NCBI GenBank assembly: GCA_024404275.1
Contig: JAKSQG010000014.1
Coordinates: 1 to 21,115, forward strand
DNA from: Clostridia bacterium
GTDB taxonomy: Bacteria; Bacillota; Clostridia; Christensenellales; Aristaeellaceae
Length of the DNA: 21,115 nucleotides
Direction of reading: 5' to 3'
This document shows, piece by piece, positions 16,795 to 21,115 of this stretch (positions are counted from its first letter, which is position 1; every line of letters begins with the position of its first letter). Made by a program: the position numbers and the translations under genes. The notes under the pieces are model-generated. The model did not search any database, was not told where the DNA came from, and worked only from the letters and a program-made list of their open reading frames with translations.

Positions 16795-17481
16795 ATGCAA
16801 AAGCTGATCAACAGCCTTGAAAGAAAGCTGTACCGTTACCGCATCCCGCCCATTATGAAGTATATCATTTATGCCATGGCGGGTGTTTTTGTGCTCGACC
16901 TGTTGTTTGCCTCCTCTACCGCCTATTCCTATCGTTTCAGCCTCATCAGCCATCTAATGCTCAGCACCAACGCCATCCTGCATGGTCAGATCTGGCGTCT
17001 GGTAACATGGATCTTTATTCCGGACAGCAGCAGCATGCTATGGCTTTTGCTGAGCCTGTACTTTTACTTCATGGTCGGTACAACATTGGAAAACCGTTGG
17101 GGCACCCGCCGCTTTCTGATCTATCTGGTCATTGGCGCTGTTGCCAACATTATCGGCGCATTTGTGGCCCATCTGCTGTGCGGCTATGGCATCGGCACCA
17201 ATGCTTATCTGTTCTATTCGCTTTTCCTGGCATTTGCCGCGCTGTATCCGGACGCGGAATTTCTGCTGTTTTTTGTGTTGCCGGTCAAAGCCAAGTGGCT
17301 GGCGCTGATCGATCTGCTCTACTTCCTTTCCGCCATCTTCTTCGGTGGTCTCCAGATGCGCTGCGCCGCCATTGCTTCCTTAGTCAATGTCATGCTGTTC
17401 TTCGGCGATGACCTTTACCGTCTCTGCCGCAGAACGATTGATCAATTCAACCGCCGCAGGTCTTTTCACAATTACAGATAA
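16795..17481 (+). CDS. rhomboid-superfamily membrane protein, apparently lacking the catalytic Ser/His dyad
   Basis: The start was chosen at MQKLINS (ATG 16795, AAAGGGG 7 nt upstream). The ORF-track TTG start at 16738 coincides with the promoter -35. The GQIWRLVTWIF motif and LENRWG loop are typical of rhomboids, and about 6 transmembrane helices are predicted. Confidence 0.65.
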   Translation: MQKLINSLERKLYRYRIPPIMKYIIYAMAGVFVLDLLFASSTAYSYRFSLISHLMLSTNAILHGQIWRLVTWIFIPDSSSMLWLLLSLYFYFMVGTTLENRWGTRRFLIYLVIGAVANIIGAFVAHLLCGYGIGTNAYLFYSLFLAFAALYPDAEFLLFFVLPVKAKWLALIDLLYFLSAIFFGGLQMRCAAIASLVNVMLFFGDDLYRLCRRTIDQFNRRRSFHNYR

Positions 17482-17492
17482 GGAGAATCACC

Positions 17493-18635
17493 ATGAACGA
17501 TCAAAAATGGGTGGCTGTCTGGGGTTGTGCCCCTTCCATTGCCGAGCCGCGTCCTGCACGCTACGCAAAGAACATCACGCTTCGCTATATTCTCCGTGCA
17601 CCGTTCGACGGTACAGCCATCCGTCTTCATTTTTCCAACATCGGCAGTGATAGCCCTGTCACGCTGAGCCGTGTTGTGGCAGCTCCCGTTACCGAGGGAA
17701 ATATCATCGATCCCGCCGCCGCAGTCACCGTCACCTTCAAAAACGAAAATAAGGGCATCCTTCCCGCAGGCGGCACGCTGAAAAGTGATGAACTGCCACT
17801 TGCGATCAAGGGCGGCAGCGATTTTGCTGTCAGCATCTATCTGGAAGAACTGACCCACATGGCTTCCGGTACCAATTGTACCGGTCCTCTCAGCCGCGCA
17901 TTCTTCGCCGAAGGCAGCTATGCCGAAGCTGCGCAGATGGCCACTGCCGCTACGGCTGATACCGCCACCTTCTTCTTCCTGGATACGGTGGAAATGCTGA
18001 GCAGTGCCGATTGCCACGCAGTGGTCTGCTTCGGCGACAGCATTACCGCCCAGTCCTGGCCCGACTATCTGCTGCTGCGGGTGCTGCGCGATGCCGATAA
18101 CCGCACTGCCGTGGTGCGCCGCGGTATCGGCGGCGGACGCGTACTGCGGGCCTATCATCATGTTAAAAACCGTCATTATGGTCCCGCGGGTCTGGAACGC
18201 TTTGAAAAAGAAATCAGTGCTGCCGGGGTAGACAGCGTTATCATCCTGCACGGCGTCAACGACATCATTCATCCCGAAGGCAGCGAATTCCGTCCCTGGA
18301 GCGATCTTCCCACCGCGGAGGAACTGATCAACGGACTTCGCTTCTATGTGACAAAAGGTCATGAAATGGGCAAGCGCGTTTACCTTGCCACCATCATGAC
18401 CATCAAAAACTGGTCCTCCTTCGTCCCCCTGCGCGATGACCTCCGCCATCAGGTCAACGATTGGATCCGCACACAAACCGAAGCAGACGGCGTTGTGGAT
18501 TTTGACGCCGCCTGCCGCCGGGCAGACGATCCCGACCTGCGTATTCCCGAATACGACAGCGGCGACCACCTGCACCCCAGTCTGGCCGGTGCAGAGCACA
18601 TGGCGGAAAGCGTTCCCGAAGCTTATATCAAATAA
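17493..18635 (+). CDS. SGNH/GDSL-family hydrolase (esterase) with an N-terminal beta-sandwich domain
   Basis: AAGGAGA ribosome-binding site. Block I is VCFGDSITAQ (nucleophile Ser), block II GIGGGRV, block III HGVND and block V DSGDHLHPS (Asp/His). Confidence 0.85.
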   Translation: MNDQKWVAVWGCAPSIAEPRPARYAKNITLRYILRAPFDGTAIRLHFSNIGSDSPVTLSRVVAAPVTEGNIIDPAAAVTVTFKNENKGILPAGGTLKSDELPLAIKGGSDFAVSIYLEELTHMASGTNCTGPLSRAFFAEGSYAEAAQMATAATADTATFFFLDTVEMLSSADCHAVVCFGDSITAQSWPDYLLLRVLRDADNRTAVVRRGIGGGRVLRAYHHVKNRHYGPAGLERFEKEISAAGVDSVIILHGVNDIIHPEGSEFRPWSDLPTAEELINGLRFYVTKGHEMGKRVYLATIMTIKNWSSFVPLRDDLRHQVNDWIRTQTEADGVVDFDAACRRADDPDLRIPEYDSGDHLHPSLAGAEHMAESVPEAYIK

Positions 18636-18642
18636 CCGAAAT

Positions 18643-18671
18643 GCCCGTGCCTCAACAAGGCCGGGCTTTTT
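18643..18671 (+). terminator. intrinsic terminator after the SGNH hydrolase gene
   Basis: GCCCGtGCC stem, TCAACAA loop, GGCCGGGC stem (one bulge), then TTTTT. Confidence 0.7.
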
Positions 18672-18736
18672 GATTGTCAATTTGCTTGCCCGTCAGTTAA
18701 AGTGGATTTGCCTCAAATTTGTGTATCTTTCCGCAC

Positions 18737-18765
18737 TTGACAACCGCATTATCCATCTATATAAT
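18737..18765 (+). promoter_or_regulatory. perfect-consensus promoter for the FAD oxidoreductase gene
   Basis: TTGACA (18737-18742), a 17-nt spacer, then TATAAT (18760-18765). Confidence 0.6.
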
Positions 18766-18787
18766 AATATATAATAACATATAATAC
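18758..18787 (+). repeat. three tandem 10-bp units, each containing TATAAT
   Basis: The units read TATATAATAA / TATATAATAA / CATATAATAC. This was read directly from the sequence. Confidence 0.85.
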
Positions 18788-18808
18788 ATTGCAGAAAGGA
18801 CGGCTTTT

Positions 18809-20113
18809 ATGAAAACAATTTCCTTGTCCAAAGAAGTGCCTGTCATCGATCATTTTGATACCGTGGTCTGCGGCGGCGGTCCTGCCGGCTGGGTTGCGGC
18901 ATTGGCTGCAGCGCGTGCCGGAAAAAAGACCGCGCTGATTGAGCGTTTTGGCTTTCTCGGCGGTACTGCCACTGCCGGATATGTGATCCCGCTGAGCGGC
19001 TGTTTTTTCCATGGAGAACGTGTGGTGGGCGGCATCACCTGGGAGTTTATCACCCGCATGACAGAACGTAAGGCCGCGCAGGTGGAGCTGCCCAAGGGGC
19101 ATGTTTCGCTTGACCCGGAAGCATACAAACTTCTTGCCTGGCAGATGGTAGAAGAAGCCGGAGTAACGATCTATTCCAATGCCTACCTTTCCGGCTGCCA
19201 TACCGATGGCCGTCATGTGACCCATGTATTCTTTGAAAGCAAAAACGGCACCGAAGCCATCGAAGGCGATGTCTTCATTGATGCCACGGGCGACGGCGAT
19301 CTGTGCCACATGGCAAACGTGCAGATGCTGCCGCAAACAAACGAATTGCAGCCTCTGAGCATGTGTTTCCTGCTGAGCGGGGTCGATACAAGCACCGATC
19401 TGCTTCGGGATCACATCCGTCATGACGGTGTCAAGTGCAAGCAGTCCGTGGTCACCGAAATTCACGATAAGCTTCAGTCACTTGTCGGAACGACCGATGT
19501 GCCGCAGTTTGGCGGCCCCTGGTTCAATGTTTTGGAATGCGGCGATCTGCTGACGGTCAACATCACCAGAAGCGGCTCCAACGCAGCCGACCGTGCCGAG
19601 CTGACCCACGCTGAAGCACAGATGCGCAAGGATGCTTTCCGGCTGGTCGAACTGCTGAAGGAAAACTTCCCAGAGTTCAAAAACGCCGTCATTGCCGCCA
19701 CAGCAGTCAGCGGCGGCGTCAGAGAAACGCGTCATATCCGTGCCCTGCACACGCTGAAGGGACAGGATATCCAGTCCAGCGCCACCTATCCGGATTCCGT
19801 CGCCTGCTGCTCACATCCGATGGATATCCATTGTGCCGGAGACAACGACCAAATTCTGATCCACCTCAACGCAGCGGGTCGTATCCCCTTCAGAACCATG
19901 GTACCGTTTGAATATGACAACCTGTTGGCCGCCGGACGCTGCATTTCCGCCGACCGCGAAGCTTACGCTTCCATGCGCGTACAAGCCAATGTCATGGCAC
20001 TGGGCGAAGCTGCGGGCATTGCCTCCTCGCTTTATAACCCCGGTGATTCCTTCGCGTCTGTGGACATTGACAAGCTTCATGAGCTGCTGGACAAAGCCGG
20101 CTGCATTTATTGA
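18809..20113 (+). CDS. FAD-dependent oxidoreductase (FAD_oxidored/GidA-like fold family)
   Basis: The N-terminal dinucleotide-binding motif is DTVVCGGGPAGWVAALAAARAGKKTALIERFGFLGG. The C-terminal region contains GRCIS...A..S.RV motifs. The product is 434 aa. Confidence 0.8.
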   Translation: MKTISLSKEVPVIDHFDTVVCGGGPAGWVAALAAARAGKKTALIERFGFLGGTATAGYVIPLSGCFFHGERVVGGITWEFITRMTERKAAQVELPKGHVSLDPEAYKLLAWQMVEEAGVTIYSNAYLSGCHTDGRHVTHVFFESKNGTEAIEGDVFIDATGDGDLCHMANVQMLPQTNELQPLSMCFLLSGVDTSTDLLRDHIRHDGVKCKQSVVTEIHDKLQSLVGTTDVPQFGGPWFNVLECGDLLTVNITRSGSNAADRAELTHAEAQMRKDAFRLVELLKENFPEFKNAVIAATAVSGGVRETRHIRALHTLKGQDIQSSATYPDSVACCSHPMDIHCAGDNDQILIHLNAAGRIPFRTMVPFEYDNLLAAGRCISADREAYASMRVQANVMALGEAAGIASSLYNPGDSFASVDIDKLHELLDKAGCIY

Positions 20114-20123
20114 CCAAACAAAA

Positions 20124-20147
20124 ACCGGCTGCCTCACGGCAGCCGGT
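20124..20147. terminator. bidirectional terminator between the FAD oxidoreductase and barstar genes
   Basis: ACCGGCTGCC stem, TCAC loop, GGCAGCCGGT stem (10-bp). A T-rich run follows on the minus strand (TTTTGTTTGG) and a weaker one on the plus strand (GCTTTC). Confidence 0.7.
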
Positions 20148-20151
20148 GCTT

Positions 20152-20418
20152 TCAGTGAATCGTCACGCGGATAAATTCATTTTCTTCCGCCGCATCCTGC
20201 AGCATACGGATCAATGAGTTTCCCCAGCGGTCAAACTTTTCCCGCAGGCTATCGGCATTCTCGATTGTCAGTTCAATATCCCGGGCTTCCGTCAGCGCAT
20301 CATACAGTGCGTCAAGATTGGAAGCATACTCCTCGCTGAGCTCCAACGCGTCATGCAGGGCCTTTCTTGCTTCGGTTCTGCTCTCCCACAGAGCGGCATC
20401 CAGGCAAATTGTCCGCAT
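20152..20418 (-). CDS. barstar-family ribonuclease inhibitor
   Basis: ALELSEEYASNLDALYDALTE matches the barstar core ([20 protein letters not shown]), including the two Asp residues that contact barnase. The product is 88 aa. GGAGGTG lies upstream, and the ATG starts 1 nt after the RNase stop. Confidence 0.88.
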   Translation of the reverse strand: MRTICLDAALWESRTEARKALHDALELSEEYASNLDALYDALTEARDIELTIENADSLREKFDRWGNSLIRMLQDAAEENEFIRVTIH

Positions 20419-20419
20419 C

Positions 20420-20767
20420 TTATTTCACCTCCGTAAAGGTCTCATAGTGATCATTGGTATAATAGATCTTGCCATTTTTGCCGATGATCAGGCGTTCTGT
20501 TCCGCGGAAACCACCATGATAATTCACATCGCATTCAATATATGTGGTATTTTCAGGCAGCTGACCTTCATAGTTGCCAAATCGGTCTCCACCGATGGAT
20601 TTGCCCGGCGCTACCTCCCACAGGTTGCCCTTGGAGCTGACCCAGCCGAGGTTCTGCGCTTTGGACTTGGTAATGTAGTTGGACGGCAGTTTGCCATATA
20701 AACGATAGTATGCCGCTACCTCTTCCGGCGTATCATAGGTACCGTTTTTATCAAGGACCGGTGCTTC
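20420..20767 (-). CDS. barnase-like guanyl-specific ribonuclease domain with no start codon of its own, in frame with the upstream ORF across a TAG
   Basis: My manual translation gives EAPVLDKNGTYDTPEEVAAYYRLYGKLPSNYITKSKAQNLGWVSSKGNLWEVAPGKSIGGDRFGNYEGQLPENTTYIECDVNYHGGFRGTERLIIGKNGKIYYTNDHYETFTEVK*. It aligns along its length with barnase (YHKLPDNYITKSEAQALGWVASKGNLADVAPGKSIGGDIFSNREGKLPG...EADINY..GFRNSDRILYSSD.LIYKTTDHYQTFTKIR). Confidence 0.85.
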   Translation of the reverse strand, partial: EAPVLDKNGTYDTPEEVAAYYRLYGKLPSNYITKSKAQNLGWVSSKGNLWEVAPGKSIGGDRFGNYEGQLPENTTYIECDVNYHGGFRGTERLIIGKNGKIYYTNDHYETFTEVK

Positions 20768-21115
20768 CTACGGTACTTCGTAACGGCTCCAAAGGCTGAC
20801 ACCGTCATCGGTATAGTATGCCAGCTTGCCCTCTTCCTGTTGAATCAGGGCATCCTGTTCAGAAAGGATAACGATGCCATCGGCATCCATTTCCCACATT
20901 CCCTTTTCCGTAACCACCTGTTTGGCGGTGGTATCGGTCAGGGTGTAGGTGCCGTCTTCTTCAAAGCTGAGCAGCTTTTCCGCTTCCTTGAAGGTGATTA
21001 CACTGCTGCCGTCCGTGTAGCTTTCCTCCTGCCAGAGACCCACAGGAAACACCGTTTCCCCCAGTGCAGGCAGCACAAGCAGCAGACACAGCAGCAGACA
21101 CAATAATTTCTTCAT
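20768..21115 (-). CDS. signal peptide plus a small N-terminal beta-rich domain (possibly lipocalin-like) of the secreted RNase; the ORF ends at an in-frame TAG
   Basis: The ATG falls on the last three bases of the window. The signal peptide is MKKLLCLLLCLLLVLPALG|ET. The remaining roughly 95 aa have a G.W...DG.Y pattern. The stop TAG at 20768-20770 is in frame with the barnase domain. Confidence 0.7.
   Translation of the reverse strand: MKKLLCLLLCLLLVLPALGETVFPVGLWQEESYTDGSSVITFKEAEKLLSFEEDGTYTLTDTTAKQVVTEKGMWEMDADGIVILSEQDALIQQEEGKLAYYTDDGVSLWSRYEVP
21079..21102. repeat. perfect 12-bp tandem duplication inside the signal-peptide coding region
   Basis: GCAGCAGACACA occurs twice in tandem on the plus strand. 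It encodes the repeated CLLL-CLLL in the hydrophobic core of the signal peptide. Confidence 0.9.

Noticed and set aside
20318-20701. The 127-aa plus-strand ORF covering the barstar/barnase region.
   Set aside because: It is antisense to two genes with strong family matches. It has no ribosome-binding site and no recognisable motifs.
1-21115. Mobile elements, CRISPR arrays, prophage genes or known defence systems.
   Set aside because: I found no transposase, integrase or recombinase motifs, no spaced direct-repeat arrays, and no terminal inverted repeats flanking any block. The barnase/barstar pair is the only toxin/immunity-like module.

Overview
This window looks like chromosomal DNA from a moderately GC-rich Firmicutes/Clostridia-type anaerobe. 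That placement is inferred from gene content, AGGAGG-type ribosome-binding sites and sigma-A-like promoters, and no search was run. Almost all of it is coding. From left to right it holds: the 3' end of an RNase-H-like/TPR-like gene and a TPR protein (+); a convergent MATE efflux gene (-); a stand-alone tRNA-Pro(GGG) with a consensus promoter and terminator (+); a six-gene glycan-utilisation cluster on the minus strand (secreted GH13 amylase-family enzyme, GH42 beta-galactosidase, solute-binding protein, two permeases, MalK/MsmX-type ATPase); a divergent plus-strand unit with two unknown membrane proteins and a secreted GH53 endo-beta-1,4-galactanase carrying C-terminal Ig-like and CBM-like domains; pyruvate kinase (-); a rhomboid-like membrane protein, an SGNH/GDSL hydrolase and an FAD-dependent oxidoreductase (+); and a barnase-like RNase with barstar (-) at the right edge. 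No CRISPR array, transposase, integrase or recognisable phage gene is present. The most notable observation is that two unrelated, otherwise intact secreted-protein genes (the GH53 galactanase and the barnase-like RNase) are each interrupted by one in-frame TAG. Conserved homology continues in the same frame directly after each TAG. None of the 18 natural gene ends in the window uses TAG (13 TAA, 5 TGA). The possible explanations are amber read-through or suppression, TAG reassignment, two recent nonsense mutations, or sequencing errors. The window alone cannot separate these. All protein calls come from motif recognition by eye, not database searches.
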